Source: Epithemia pelagica (taxonomy: Eukaryota; Protista; Bacillariophyta). From it: DNA of 64,000 nt. Under the pieces are notes generated by a model. The model made no database searches, was not told the DNA's origin, and worked only from the letters and a program-made list of their open reading frames with translations. This document shows, one piece after another, positions 41,513 to 54,320 of the stretch; within the stretch, counting starts at the first letter, position 1, and every line of letters starts with the position of its first letter. The stretch lies in NCBI GenBank assembly GCA_946965045.2, contig OX337239.1, positions 1,178,001 through 1,242,000 of the forward strand. The letters run 5' to 3'. Position numbers and translations under genes: made by a program.

Positions 41513-43660
41513 ATGTCATCATGGCCGTCCTCCTCCTCCTCCTCTTCCGTCGAATGGTCGGATCATACGGTTGCACTTCGCAAAGCCTTACAGTATAGTC
41601 AAGTGGAATGGCAGCAGAAACTCTCTACTTGTCATTTACCAACTCCACCGCGTGGAGGAGTAGATTGTAGTGGCTCTCGACGAGATTCTCCCATCGACAA
41701 CGACGCCTCAAGATCGCCAACCAGTCGTCCTCGTCGTCAGCGACACAGGCCAGAGTCCAAACAGATCCATCCTCCTCCACCACCATCTTGGTTGATTCAT
41801 GTCCAAGACCATGAAGATGGTTATACCATTCTCGAGTTTCTACCACAACAACCACACGAGCATCCAAACGATCCACCACTGGATGCAGCACCCACATTGG
41901 AGAAAGACTTGGAAGGAACCACCACGACACTCCACAACCGTCCTCTGGACTGGACACAACTACAGCAATTGTTGTCTTGTTGGTTTGTCCATTCCTATCA
42001 ACGAACCAATGATCGACCGGTATTGATTCGAGGATTGGTGGTAGTACCGAAACGAGAAACAGGAACAGGAGGGGGATCCTCCACTACGAATACCACGACC
42101 ACAAGACCCAATGATGGTGCTCCCCCCAGTTTTGATCGATTGATGCAAACCTGGTCAACCGGTTCCCAGGTACGGCAGTGGATGTCCGCACAATTTCACC
42201 GATTGCGGTTGTTGTGTCCCCTGCTTCCAGTTGTACACTGGGAATCATCACCAGACTCCTGCCACCAGTATGACAAAGACAAAGACAATGCCACCACCAG
42301 CAACACTATTGCTACTACTCGTTGGATACCGTGGTCGGAATGGATCGACTATTTAAACAAACAAGAAGAAGCAGCAGCAGGAGCGTCGGTCGTGGACGAT
42401 TGCACTACCCATGAGAACCACCAATCTACAGACCAGCGGCACAACCACGAGCCTTGCAAGGATTATCTCAAGGATTGGCATTTGGAACAATGGCTGGAAG
42501 ATGCCGCCATCTCGGATCAGAACAGTGACAATAGTACCAACGACGACGACAACGAGAAGAATGTCTCATTATTGTCTGACTTGTATCAGGTACCGGATTG
42601 GGTAGCAGGCAATGACTTGTGGAATCCCTTTTTGCAACAATTTTATACCCAACCAACCCCTGTCGTCACCAAGTCATCCTCTTCCCTGCATTGCGCTCGC
42701 AAGAGCCACCAAGCCTCCCACACCCACCGTGCTCCTCGGGTCGATCGACCCGATTATCGATTCGTCTATTGGGGACCTGCGCACAGTTCCACACCGTGGC
42801 ATGTCGATGTCTTGCAGTCCTTTTCCTGGTCCTGGAATGTCTATGGAACCAAACAATGGACCTTTGAATGTCCGCAAAACAACCGGTACGAAGACAATGA
42901 GAAGGGCAACTCTCGACAGTTTTCCTTGCTGCAACAGGCGGGGGAATTGGTCTGGGTTCCCTCCACCTGGCGACACCAAGTCGTCAATCTGGTGGAAACC
43001 TTGTCCATCAATCGTAATTGGATTACCTGGACGCAACTCGAACCTGTTTGGTCGTGTTTGCAACAGGAAATCAAAGAAATTGACAAGGAATTGCAATCCT
43101 GGCAACAACCGCAAGCAGACGATACATGGAGGATGGGGTCCTTGTCGTTGGGACGACGACAACAACCACGATACAACAGCCAACCAAACAATGCCGTTTC
43201 CAATCAGCATCAAGTGGATCACCAACACAACAACGACAAGAACAATAGGGACTATTGGCGAATTCGAGAATCCATGTTGCGAGGATGTACCGGCATGGAT
43301 TTGACCACTTTTGTGCTGATTCTTGTCGTTCGTTTGTTACGTGTTCTAGAAAAGATGGACAAGGAAGAAACAAACCAAACTTCGCAGTGGAAAGACGAGA
43401 AATGGCAAGCGAACGAAATCCTGGTGTGGAGGCGTTGTCAACATCAAATGGAAGTGCAAACCTTGTCTTGCATGTTACAACGGCTTACAATGGCAGGGTC
43501 GTCATATGGTGAACCAAATGATACAGACAACAATGGTTGTACGGACAGGATTTGCTTGCAGAAACGCATGGCGGCCATCCTGGAATCCTCTGGCTTGGCA
43601 CAAGAAGCCATGGATTTGATTCACTCCATTGTGGACCGTGTCCTTGATGAGGATGAATAA
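41513..43660 (+). CDS. JMJD4: JmjC-domain 2-oxoglutarate oxygenase, JMJD4-like
   Basis: YLKDWHL, DYRFVYWGPAHSSTPWHVDVLQSFSWSWNVYGTKQW, QQAGELVWVPSTWRHQVVNLVETLSINRNW (H-x-D...H iron triad). Confidence 0.85.
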   Translation: MSSWPSSSSSSSVEWSDHTVALRKALQYSQVEWQQKLSTCHLPTPPRGGVDCSGSRRDSPIDNDASRSPTSRPRRQRHRPESKQIHPPPPPSWLIHVQDHEDGYTILEFLPQQPHEHPNDPPLDAAPTLEKDLEGTTTTLHNRPLDWTQLQQLLSCWFVHSYQRTNDRPVLIRGLVVVPKRETGTGGGSSTTNTTTTRPNDGAPPSFDRLMQTWSTGSQVRQWMSAQFHRLRLLCPLLPVVHWESSPDSCHQYDKDKDNATTSNTIATTRWIPWSEWIDYLNKQEEAAAGASVVDDCTTHENHQSTDQRHNHEPCKDYLKDWHLEQWLEDAAISDQNSDNSTNDDDNEKNVSLLSDLYQVPDWVAGNDLWNPFLQQFYTQPTPVVTKSSSSLHCARKSHQASHTHRAPRVDRPDYRFVYWGPAHSSTPWHVDVLQSFSWSWNVYGTKQWTFECPQNNRYEDNEKGNSRQFSLLQQAGELVWVPSTWRHQVVNLVETLSINRNWITWTQLEPVWSCLQQEIKEIDKELQSWQQPQADDTWRMGSLSLGRRQQPRYNSQPNNAVSNQHQVDHQHNNDKNNRDYWRIRESMLRGCTGMDLTTFVLILVVRLLRVLEKMDKEETNQTSQWKDEKWQANEILVWRRCQHQMEVQTLSCMLQRLTMAGSSYGEPNDTDNNGCTDRICLQKRMAAILESSGLAQEAMDLIHSIVDRVLDEDE

Positions 43661-45082
43661 AACGTAGGGGAAAGTGCAGATATTGAAACATTGTAAAGTA
43701 TGGAGGGAGAGGGGAAATAGAATAGGCAGGATGATTCCATCCCTCAAGACATGAAGCCTTTACCTAGTCCGACGGCGGAATGGCATTTCGGTGTAGCGGG
43801 TTCTTCCCATCGGCTATTTTTAGCTTCGTTGTTTGGTCCTATCCTCCCACCAACAACCAACCGACCGTAGGCACCAAGCTGTACTCCTAACAGTTAAAAC
43901 AATGCTTGGGTCGTTGGCTAGCTTTGCTAGGAGTGCTATGTCATTGCATCATCTACAACCTCGCAGAGTGGCCCTTTTCATTGATTTAGTCACGAATCAT
44001 ACTCGATGGGACAATATGAGAATACGAGTACGAATAATAAGGAAGTTCTTCTAGGACGCTGAATTACTCTCCATTTCAGTCAAGAATGCATCTCTTATCT
44101 CTTTACGATGACTGCTTTGGGGTTCAAGTTGGCACTTGGTCAAAGATCAAATCCGAACTCGAAAAAAAGAAGGAGAGTCTGGTTTCTGCCTCGGGAATTC
44201 GACATAGACAACTCGTATCAATTATTCCCGTTTTAAAGTGCGTCGACTTATCTACTCTTCACTTATTCCTCTCAGTCTATTACTTCCATGTAGCGAACAA
44301 GATGAGAGTGACCGCCGGTTCGAAGAACAACATCCGAAGGAGAACCTACGTAGCTACCTGCTCTTGTGGGAATGAGCTCTCGTCGCAACAATGACATTCC
44401 AGATTGAGACATCCCCTACATTTGGTTGTCTCTCTTTCATTGCAGGCAAACAACAAATCCAGGAAGGGGGAGCGAATCATCTTTGTGCAAGAGATTCAAC
44501 TAGCATGTAGTCATTGCAATCTGTATTCCCGAGATAGCAACATAGGAAGTGAGGTGCTAGGAGCAGTAGAAAAGTCCATGTCTATAAGGATTCCTTAGAA
44601 GTAGTTTGTACAAAAGGACTGCAAGTTTGCTCCAGAAGACAACACAAATAATCATGAAATTAGAGAAAGTGTTGTGCATGCGGGGATTTGTATCTTTACC
44701 AATGTCAATGAATAGCATCCAATCTTGTTCTCTCCGACGAATCTGTGTCAGTCGATTTCAACACCACACAACAAAGCGCAAGAGGATGTGAAGTTGTAGT
44801 CATGCTCCAAGATTCCAAATCTTTGGAGCGTTACTATTGCGGAGACCAGGAATTGAGCAGACGTGCCCAATTATACATTTTGGGAATTGGCCAACAATCG
44901 AAGAGTCTGTTTGTGCGTGGGAGCAAACTATCGTCCCATGAACTCCTGATCCCTCTGTTTGACCTTGTCAAACTCGCCACACAGGTAACGATCCAGTAGT
45001 AGACCGGATACGGGTTTGGCCTGTACCATTCTCATCTGGTTCGTCTTGGGTTTTAGTCGTGGAACACTCATTCCCCTTTCGT

Positions 45083-46192
45083 CTATGCGTTGTTTGCATT
45101 CTCGTCTTGATTCTCCTCCACCTGAGCGTCCTCTTCCTTATCGATCGAAGCTTGATTCTTTGTAGTATTGCTATAGACGGCATTGATGCGCTTTCCCGAT
45201 GAACGTTGAATGTTGGAGAGTTTGAGCCGCCCTTGATGCGGTACAATGACAGCCGTCCAGGTACAAAAATCTTCTTCCTTGCATCCCTTGTAGATGAATT
45301 CTTGTTCGGATTTGAAAATCACCACTGCCACCACACCATTGCCAAAGACTTGAACGGATTCTACCATCACGACTTGATCGGAAAAGTTGACAATGTCTCC
45401 CGATTCAAACATGGTCCGTAATCCCACTTGATCCAACGTATTTCCGGAAGGACGGACGAGCAAGTAATCAGGAGTATGATAATCGTTCCAAAAGGCACTC
45501 CAAGCCTCCAAACTGGAACCAGTACCATTGCAATAGGAAGCCGTTTCCGTAAACTGATCCGTATAGTTCCAGACAAAGTCGTAGGCGGCTCGTTCGGTGA
45601 GCAAGGGACTGCATGAGCTGCTACTGCCATTCGAAGTACCAGTTGTTGTGGCCGTCACAACTTCCGTCGTAACACTGCTGTTTTGACTACTCTCCTCTTC
45701 GGGAGAGAGTGGTTGTTGTGGCCCGGACGAGGAAGACATTCTCTTGCCTTTGCTTCCTCCTTTGGTTTTGACTACTTCCACCACATTGTGTGACCTTTGT
45801 TTGTTTCGACTCGAATTGCTTCCTCGACTGTTTCCACTATTACTTCGAAGACCCTTCTTATTGTTGTTGTGAATGCCAAGATGCCGCGACAAGGGTGTAG
45901 TGGTTTGGGGTTCCATTTGGGTTGTTCCCTTTTTGGTTTTGGACGTCAACGAAGACGAATCGTTGGAATGAGTAGTGAGAAGGGACAATCGACGGCCACT
46001 ACTGGGAGCCGTGGACAAACTGGATGTGCTTCGGCACGAGTGGGAAGGACCGCCATGATGAGTGGGGGCTTTCAGTTTGCCGGTACTGGTACTACTGTGG
46101 CGGGAAGAAAACAAGGACTGCTCATGACTAGGGTCCTCTTCACTGGATCCCATACTACAGGAAGCTCGTCGAAATCTTCGCGTCCACATCAT
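45083..46192 (-). CDS. Protein with Ser-rich N-terminus and C-terminal SnoaL/NTF2-like (DUF3804-type) domain
   Basis: LLVRPSGNTLDQVGLRTMFESGDIV...FKSEQEFIYKGCKEEDFCTWTAVI...LSNIQRSSG matches the RPSGN...F.YKG...D...QRS.G pattern as I recall it. Confidence 0.7.
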   Translation of the reverse strand: MMWTRRFRRASCSMGSSEEDPSHEQSLFSSRHSSTSTGKLKAPTHHGGPSHSCRSTSSLSTAPSSGRRLSLLTTHSNDSSSLTSKTKKGTTQMEPQTTTPLSRHLGIHNNNKKGLRSNSGNSRGSNSSRNKQRSHNVVEVVKTKGGSKGKRMSSSSGPQQPLSPEEESSQNSSVTTEVVTATTTGTSNGSSSSCSPLLTERAAYDFVWNYTDQFTETASYCNGTGSSLEAWSAFWNDYHTPDYLLVRPSGNTLDQVGLRTMFESGDIVNFSDQVVMVESVQVFGNGVVAVVIFKSEQEFIYKGCKEEDFCTWTAVIVPHQGRLKLSNIQRSSGKRINAVYSNTTKNQASIDKEEDAQVEENQDENANNA

Positions 46193-48237
46193 CCTTCTAG
46201 GCAGTGTTGTTGCTTTGGTTTCTTTTGACGCAAGGATTGCGTTTACTGATGATGACAAGAGCAAAACTACTATCTCAATTGGCGAAACCGCAGAATCTCT
46301 GGTTTGAACTCTTGCTTTGCTTCCAACGAACTCTCACACAGACGACCCTTCCCGACTCCGATACAACTACTTCTATTGCGGTGTTCAGTTTGTTGTTATG
46401 GTTGTGATTTCCTTGGTTGGGTTTTTCTGTTGTCTCTCTCTTGTCGCTTTCAAGACGAGCGGGTTTGTTACGGAGAGACGGAAGACGAGAAGGAGAAGTG
46501 TGTCGCCTCTTTGTCTGTGTGATATGCACAGTACACGGGGGGCTCTATCGAAAGCTTAAAATATGAGGAATGCGTTGGAAGTACTAATTTGTTCTTAGTC
46601 TTATCCTACAAAACATTAGAAGACCATGTACATGGAAAATGCCAGGGGGGTACAGGACTCCGGGGGATACAGGACACCGCAAATTACGGTAGCTAGTTTG
46701 GAGCAGTAGTGATCAGTAAAAAAGACAAAAATTGCTCTTGCAATGAGAGGACGGGAATTCCTTAGGAGCCTTATTTTTTTATTTGTTTCGGACGCTGAAC
46801 GTTGACGGCTCACGGCAATTGTTGTATTCTTCCAATGTCACGGGTCACGGGTCACGGGAGCACGGAGTATTTTTTTCCTTGTGGTTTGACGATTGACGAT
46901 CGAACGATTGAATGGACTCATTCACCCCGGTCAAGGGTCTATGAATGACGTATCGACGAAGTTTCGTCGTTTAGTACTTGGTTGTGACCTCTTCTAGTCT
47001 AGGAGTAAGTTCTAAGACTACCTAGGTTAGATAGCATGAAATAGTTCCGCTCAATAACAAGAAGCAATAGCAAGCGTTGATCAGCTGCTCAGAAACAACA
47101 CAAACAGAAGGAAGATTACGAGTACCGGTAGGTAGGACGAAAATGAGATCAAGATTCAATCTAAGCGCCATCGATCGACACTATGGAAATTCTCCTAAAC
47201 TATTCCTGAGGTCGATCATCTCAGGCGAGAACGAACCAACCGCGTCAAAAGTGGTCAGATCACAGATCAGTCAATCGTCATCTGCCATGATGGATCCCTC
47301 AGTCTCAGTCCTCAGTATGGGTCGGAGCAAATAATAATTACCCCCAAAGCCCAAAGTGTGTAATACCACTCAAGAAATCCGGTAAGAAATGAAACGAACG
47401 TCGGAGAAGACGCAGCTGCCAACCACCAAATGGCCGAAACACACTTGTATGTTGTATGGTCCCTTTCCTGCTTGGAGCAATACTCATAAAATACCTCTAG
47501 CTAGAGGACCTACCTTCTTTCTCCATTCTACCTAGCTAAAGTCTCTCCGTGACAGAAAATAGACGCTAGAGGAGTAGATTTTAAAGGAGTAGCTTTAAGT
47601 TCTTCTTGGTCGCAGAAACAGCTCCGCCTATTGCTGTTGCCTCTATAGAGAGAAGAGTACAAAGTAGGAGTAACCTTGCGAATATGTGCCGGGTCAACAG
47701 GAGCCCGAAGCCCGAAGCCCCCCATCACCATCAAGGACTTCGAAAGACTGCACAGGATCCCATGACACATCGAATCTCGAATCTAGCTACCAGGTGTAAT
47801 AATAACAATAGGAGAAGTGGGCGGAGGAGTAGTACGTACTTCAGGGACTGCAATGTACGCAAGACTCGATGTATCGGATAGAAAATCAAGGATTGAGAAT
47901 TGAGACTGGTATTTCCAGTCACGTATGTTGAATACATCGAGGTCGACGCCAAGGAGTAGTCGAGAGTAGAGAGTAGAGAGACAAAATGACAATAATGGCG
48001 ACTTGGAATGATGTAAACTAGTCAGGTCATATTGGTCTACTCACACAACTCGTCCATTAGTCCTTCTCTTCGAAGCTACTCCTATGAGGTGGATGGCTCT
48101 ATGATTGACTAGGTAGGTAGGTAGGAAGGTAGGTATCTTCATTTTCGAAGCAGTGCTTAGTAACAATAGTGGCTGGAAAGAAACAAGGCTACCTAAAAAT
48201 CCTTGCTCGAATGCAACATCCTAAGCAGTGCTACTAC

Positions 48238-49239
48238 CTAGGACGATTGGTCTTCTTTTTCTTGCGCTCGTTGCATCATCGCCAGAGCGGTATACTTGAG
48301 TCCACCCCCATTCTTTGAATCAGCCAATAATTGTGCCTTGCGTTGCTGTCGTTGACGTTTGGTTTGTTGCATCTCAATTTCCCGTTGGGCAAATTGTGCC
48401 GCCTGTGCGGCCCGTCGTTGCAAAAAGTTGCCACCACCATCGTCGTCCGAATCGGAATCGGAATCCAATTCACTCGCATCGCCACGCTCTTCCTGCTGCT
48501 GCTTGAGAGCCAAGCGCCGTTGTCTTTCCCATTCCACCAGGACCAGCAAATGATGGACGAACATGTTGGTTTCGTCCGAAGACACGGGTACAAACGAGGA
48601 CGGGTCGTTGCTGTCATCACTTTGTGCCTGTTGCAATTCCAATGTGACCAATACCTTGGGTGTATTGGGGGTATCATCGTTATTCGAATCAAAGGAGGAT
48701 TGTCGTTGAGAGCGCCGTACTGGTTTTGCTTTTTTCTTCTTTCGTTGTTTCGCCAAAATCAGAATACGTTTAGTAGCGGGATCCACTTGGACCGTTCCAA
48801 TCCGTCTCAAGGCAATGGCCAGTTGAAATCCCACTGATGCATTTGGATTATTCTTGTTGAGTTTGGTTGGATCCAGGGATAACTGTGGCAACATCCCTTG
48901 ATCTCGAATTTCAAAGTGCGCCAAGACAGACTCCGCCATGGTGTTGTTATTGTTGGAAGCCGATGGCTCGTCTCGAAAGGATCCGTCGTCTTGATCGTCA
49001 TGGTCTGACAAGGAGGGTTGTTTGGAAAAAGCTGATCGAAACAGGTTCACGACATTGCTTTTGACCGAAGCAGCGGCTTCTTTCAAGGAATTCGAATTGT
49101 TGGTAGTGCCTCGAGGATACCACAAGACGACATTTTGTTCTTGCAACGCTTGGAGGGCTTGTCGAGCATGTCGATTCGATTCGCCTTCCAGACAGGGACA
49201 CAGTCGACCCTTCCACTGCAACGTAGAAATGGGACCCAT
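48238..49239 (-). CDS. Hypothetical protein with coiled-coil C-terminus
   Basis: ORF with ATG at 49239. Possible split PH-like core, acidic DSDSDD tract, helical QRAAQAAQFAQREIEMQ...KYTALAMM end. Confidence 0.7.
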   Translation of the reverse strand: MGPISTLQWKGRLCPCLEGESNRHARQALQALQEQNVVLWYPRGTTNNSNSLKEAAASVKSNVVNLFRSAFSKQPSLSDHDDQDDGSFRDEPSASNNNNTMAESVLAHFEIRDQGMLPQLSLDPTKLNKNNPNASVGFQLAIALRRIGTVQVDPATKRILILAKQRKKKKAKPVRRSQRQSSFDSNNDDTPNTPKVLVTLELQQAQSDDSNDPSSFVPVSSDETNMFVHHLLVLVEWERQRRLALKQQQEERGDASELDSDSDSDDDGGGNFLQRRAAQAAQFAQREIEMQQTKRQRQQRKAQLLADSKNGGGLKYTALAMMQRAQEKEDQSS

Positions 49240-49788
49240 AGCCAATGGATTCAACTCGGATAAGGAAATGATACTGCGGTCAAATTGTAATAGATCGTTT
49301 GACTTGTGACTTCGATCGATTTGTGACTTCAATAGTAATCGATAGGTAGGGCACGGTCGGCGGATGGACGTGTCATAGTTACTTTTCGCCGTGACTGGAT
49401 CGATGGCTCTTTCCTCGGGACTACTCTACCTCTACGAGTCAGTACCTTGGCGTAGCTTGGCATTGGCATGGCATCGAATATCGAATAGGAGTACTACTCC
49501 TAGTACCAAGTGCTTTGGCTGAAGACTATATGGATTCCATGAAGGGTATGGCAAGAACTTAATTGTGAATTGGTATCTGCTGTACACTATTAATTGAGTT
49601 TGAACTAGCAGGAACGTTCAAGCCGGTTGGCTTGAGGGGTGGCGCGGGATCAAAACCAGATCCGTGGTCGTGCCTCCCTAGACTTTGTGTCGTTGATCTC
49701 TCTCTCTCTCTCTTACGGTGGTTCATTCATTGAATGAGATGATAAAAATTCGACTGGAACAAACAGTCCACACCATGATTGCTTTTGT

Positions 49789-50579
<791 letters not shown>

Positions 50580-51166
50580 GATGACAATGACAACTGATGG
50601 AATCGCCTGGTCTGTGGAAGTACTTCACTCTCTTGGGTTTGATCTGGGTCGTGCTAGTTGTCGCCTCCTTGCCTTTGTGCTTGTTGTCATCAGTGTGTGT
50701 TCGGTGTTCGGTTCCTTTTGGGGTAGCGTTGTTCTGTCGCTGCTGTCGGCCTGTGTTGTATTCGGCGCGCTCGTCGTACTTGAATTCGAATGGAACTACT
50801 CCCGCCAAACCCGACGCGCGCGCGTACGGCGGGTGGAAGCGAAATTCGCTCATGAGTCGCTGGAAATGCATGTCGGTTTTGGTGTCGGTGGAATGTGGAA
50901 TGTATTGTAAGTTGGCTTTTTTTGTTTACGGAGGGACGGATAGCTCTAACTCTAACCCAACCCAATGAGAATACACGGGCTAGCAGCTAGCACGCGCCAG
51001 GAGCATGTTCCCGTGCATCGACAATCGACAACCCTATCTTATTACTCCTATCCCATGTCCGAAAGCTTTCTTCTTCTCCAGCTGACACTGACACCGCCCT
51101 ATTAGATCCAAGATTGTGAACAGAACATTGAGTCTCATAGTCTTTGGTAAAGATTAGGATTTAACC

Positions 51167-52036
51167 ATGAAGCTTTTTTTCTTGTCAACCTTGCTTCTCG
51201 CTACGGGCACGACTGCCAAGGAATGTGCCTGTCCACTCCTGAACCGCCCAAAGTACATGGACAAGGAGGTCTCTGCTCGTTGGATGGTCCATACCCTGGA
51301 TTGGGGTGTCCTTAGTACTAGTAGCACTCGTCTCGAAGACAGTCCCCCGTTTGGCAATGTCTATTCCTTTGTCGATGGACCCTGTGACGAATCCACGGGA
51401 ATCCCGTACTTTTACGGAAGTCACATGGACCAGTCCTTCATTGACTTTGGCAAAAGCAAGGCCGTCTCTTTCACCATGAGTGAAGCCGCCCTCCCGTTTA
51501 CCTGCAACGCGCCCAATCTCAAGGAATGTGCCATTTCGTCCCAGGGCGGAGACCCGGAAAACCCCATGTGCGCCCGATTGACTATCACGGGCAAAATGGT
51601 TGAACTGAATCCCGCCTCGGAAGAATTCAAGACGGTACGATCGTGGTTCTTTAAACGCCATTCGGCTATGGCTTCGTGGCCGGAAGACCATGAATGGGTT
51701 ATTGGCAAGCTCGAGATTGAAGATATCTGGTTCATTGACTTTTTTGGTGGAGCGAGTGTCCTTAAGGCGGAGGACTTTTTGGGAGCCAAACTCGACTTCA
51801 CAGACATCATGGAGGAAACCCACATGATGGTTAGCAGCACCGGCAAAAACGAGGTCGCAGCTATGGACTACCAGCATTCGACCAGCAGCATGCTCTTTCA
51901 CTGGACTATCCTTTTCGTCACTGTTTGCGCTGGAAGCATGCTTGGTACCTTCCTCATGACGTCTCGTTTGAACAAAGGAAGAAATAGCGGTGGTGCCTAT
52001 GAGCAGGTGAAGAGCGTTGCCACCGCTTCTGCCTAG
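51167..52036 (+). CDS. CREG1: CREG-like (pyridoxamine 5'-phosphate oxidase-like split barrel) secretory protein with C-terminal TM helix
   Basis: Signal peptide; ARWMVHTLDWGVLST, PFGNVYSFVDG, TGIPYFY, DPENPMCARLTITG, FKRHSAMASWPEDHEW, IWFIDFFGGA. Confidence 0.85.
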   Translation: MKLFFLSTLLLATGTTAKECACPLLNRPKYMDKEVSARWMVHTLDWGVLSTSSTRLEDSPPFGNVYSFVDGPCDESTGIPYFYGSHMDQSFIDFGKSKAVSFTMSEAALPFTCNAPNLKECAISSQGGDPENPMCARLTITGKMVELNPASEEFKTVRSWFFKRHSAMASWPEDHEWVIGKLEIEDIWFIDFFGGASVLKAEDFLGAKLDFTDIMEETHMMVSSTGKNEVAAMDYQHSTSSMLFHWTILFVTVCAGSMLGTFLMTSRLNKGRNSGGAYEQVKSVATASA

Positions 52037-52317
52037 AAGCAACACACACAGCCATCTAATAGTTTAGGAGTACTCCTAGTTAACACTATAAGGAAAAGGT
52101 ATTCTCAAGTTTCTATCCTCTCCCGTGTTTCCAACAATAGCGGTAATGGGAGGGTGTAAGGTACACATGTAACTCATACTCTACTTGAGCGGATGTTCTT
52201 CTAATACATATCATATTTGTATTAGACCTATGAATTATACTCTCAGCTTGACATGGTATAACTTCATCACTAATAACTAGACTTTCAATATGCACTTAGG
52301 GCATGTCACCCGGGAAA

Positions 52318-53316
52318 CTAAACAATTGCTGGCTTTTCATCCGACTCCTCTGTCCCATCCGACGACTCCAAATTCATTTCATTAGATCCCACCGTCTTTT
52401 GATCGGACACAACCTCAGCAGGGTCTTGCTTGGTACTCCGTCCCCGCAGGCGGAGACCGAGGAACACCAGAGCGATCATGATCACGGCGCCCAAGATGGA
52501 CGCAATAATTATTCCAACCACAGGTTTGTCCTCCTTTTCAATCGCGTCGATACCATCGGAGTTAAGTGTCGAGGATGTCGCGTCACTTGGCTGGCAGAGT
52601 CGGCAGCTCTCTCCATGCTTCTTTTTCAAGGAGACAGGTCCAAAATATTCTGAGTTCACGCAGTTTTCAGCCGTCACTGCACATGTACTACCCGAATAAG
52701 AAGTGAAGCCACCAACACATCCTCCTGTACGGACAAGGTCGCAAGTACATTGAGTACCAAGATCAGCGAATGTATCTTCTGGTTGGACCCAATAGTAACC
52801 ACTCTCGCAATCGTCCCTCGCATAGGCACAGAAGTATTCGTTAGGATTGTCCCAGCTTCGACAAGCACCATACATGGTCGGGGCTACCACGTTATCAGCT
52901 TTATCACGAACAGCCTGGCATGTGCAAGAGATATCATCATCGAGATCCAGTCCAAAGATACTTCCATTCGAAACATCACACTGAGATACATCGGAAACAC
53001 ACTTCTTCGTGTACAAGGACGGGTTGTCGTCCCTTGGAGTTAGGCACAAAAATGATGGCGTGTTTTCACATGTGCATCCACTGTCATTCCCTTGGATCTT
53101 CTGTTGATGGGCGGTGACAAACCTTTCACCTTCTGCGGCTTTCAGTCCGTTGATGTGAGAAGGATTGCAAAAGGCTGGTTGCATAACACATCGACGCTCT
53201 TTGGTATCCACTTTTTCACAAACGCCAAATTGAGCAATCTGATCCTGAAGCCCTCCCTGGCATGACAGCGGCGACAAAAGCCACAAGAATGCAACGAAGG
53301 TATGTAGAGCGCTCAT
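52318..53316 (-). CDS. Cys-rich type I membrane protein
   Basis: Signal peptide from ATG 53316; repeated C-x-C...G-x-C modules; single TM VVGIIIASILGAVIMIALVFLGL followed by basic residues. Confidence 0.75.
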   Translation of the reverse strand: MSALHTFVAFLWLLSPLSCQGGLQDQIAQFGVCEKVDTKERRCVMQPAFCNPSHINGLKAAEGERFVTAHQQKIQGNDSGCTCENTPSFLCLTPRDDNPSLYTKKCVSDVSQCDVSNGSIFGLDLDDDISCTCQAVRDKADNVVAPTMYGACRSWDNPNEYFCAYARDDCESGYYWVQPEDTFADLGTQCTCDLVRTGGCVGGFTSYSGSTCAVTAENCVNSEYFGPVSLKKKHGESCRLCQPSDATSSTLNSDGIDAIEKEDKPVVGIIIASILGAVIMIALVFLGLRLRGRSTKQDPAEVVSDQKTVGSNEMNLESSDGTEESDEKPAIV

Positions 53317-54320
53317 GACGAAATCGATGAAGATCGAACTGGATAATATCAAAATGAGGGGCAACTGAATGAGGACCAATTTGAGGCACCCAGCGAAATG
53401 AAATCTTTCCGTAGGAGCCACAACCTGTTTAGAGTTAAGAGCTGTAAAGTGCGACTGGTCATCGCATAGAAGCTCGCACCAGCGCAATCCCTACACGAGC
53501 CAACTTCATTAGTTCACAGTTGGCATATCACAGACTTGCGATCTTTCTGATTATAGGATACAGGAAGTGAGACAAGGCCTCATTGTCATTCATTGAATTT
53601 TTACTGGAAGCTGGAGGGTGACTCATCGGTTCTCTGTTGTTCTTATTTCACATATGGTTGAAAGTTCTGAACGAGTGTTCTCGGTTCTCCATACTTCTTG
53701 GTGTTTCTGCAGAGCAAACCAGACGGTAACCCTGCGACGCCGCGATGATCGCACGAGCTTGCACGCGCCAATATTCACTGCACCTTACGACGGACACCTT
53801 TCTGTTTTGTGTTGTATGTTGTATAAAACATCCCTTCAAAACCGCTTCAAACACCGTGTGGTCAAGCAAGTGACGAGAAGCCATGGTTTGTTGTTCGGGA
53901 AGTGTCGGCCTGCTGGTGAGAAAAAATTGGAACGTGTGCCGGATCTTGCCAAATAACGAATCTTTTCTCCTAAAAATCCGGTTGTACTGAAAGGATGACT
54001 GTAAATCCAGATTCGGAAGCTCCTCAGACGTGTGTGTTGTGCGTGCTGGGACGGGCTCAAGCTAGGAACCATCCTCCAGTTTCTCAAAGAGGCGTAGACC
54101 CCGTGCCAAGACCGTGCCTTTGTATCTTTTGCCTTTCTTCTCCACATGGTACAGAATAAAGAGGATCTTTTTGAGAGGCTGAGAAAGTCGTGTCGTAGTA
54201 TCCGGTTTCTAGTTGTCGCTCAAATCAGGAAGATGACAATCTTTCGGAAGATAGCGATCGCTTGCATGCTCATTAATTTCGCTTTCCCCTAGTCGTCAGG
54301 TCCACAGAAAAGTTAACATC

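Noticed and set aside
43700-45000. Short ORFs and possible RNA gene between JMJD4 and the DUF3804 gene
   Set aside because: No protein motifs and no tRNA cloverleaf with A/B boxes recognised.
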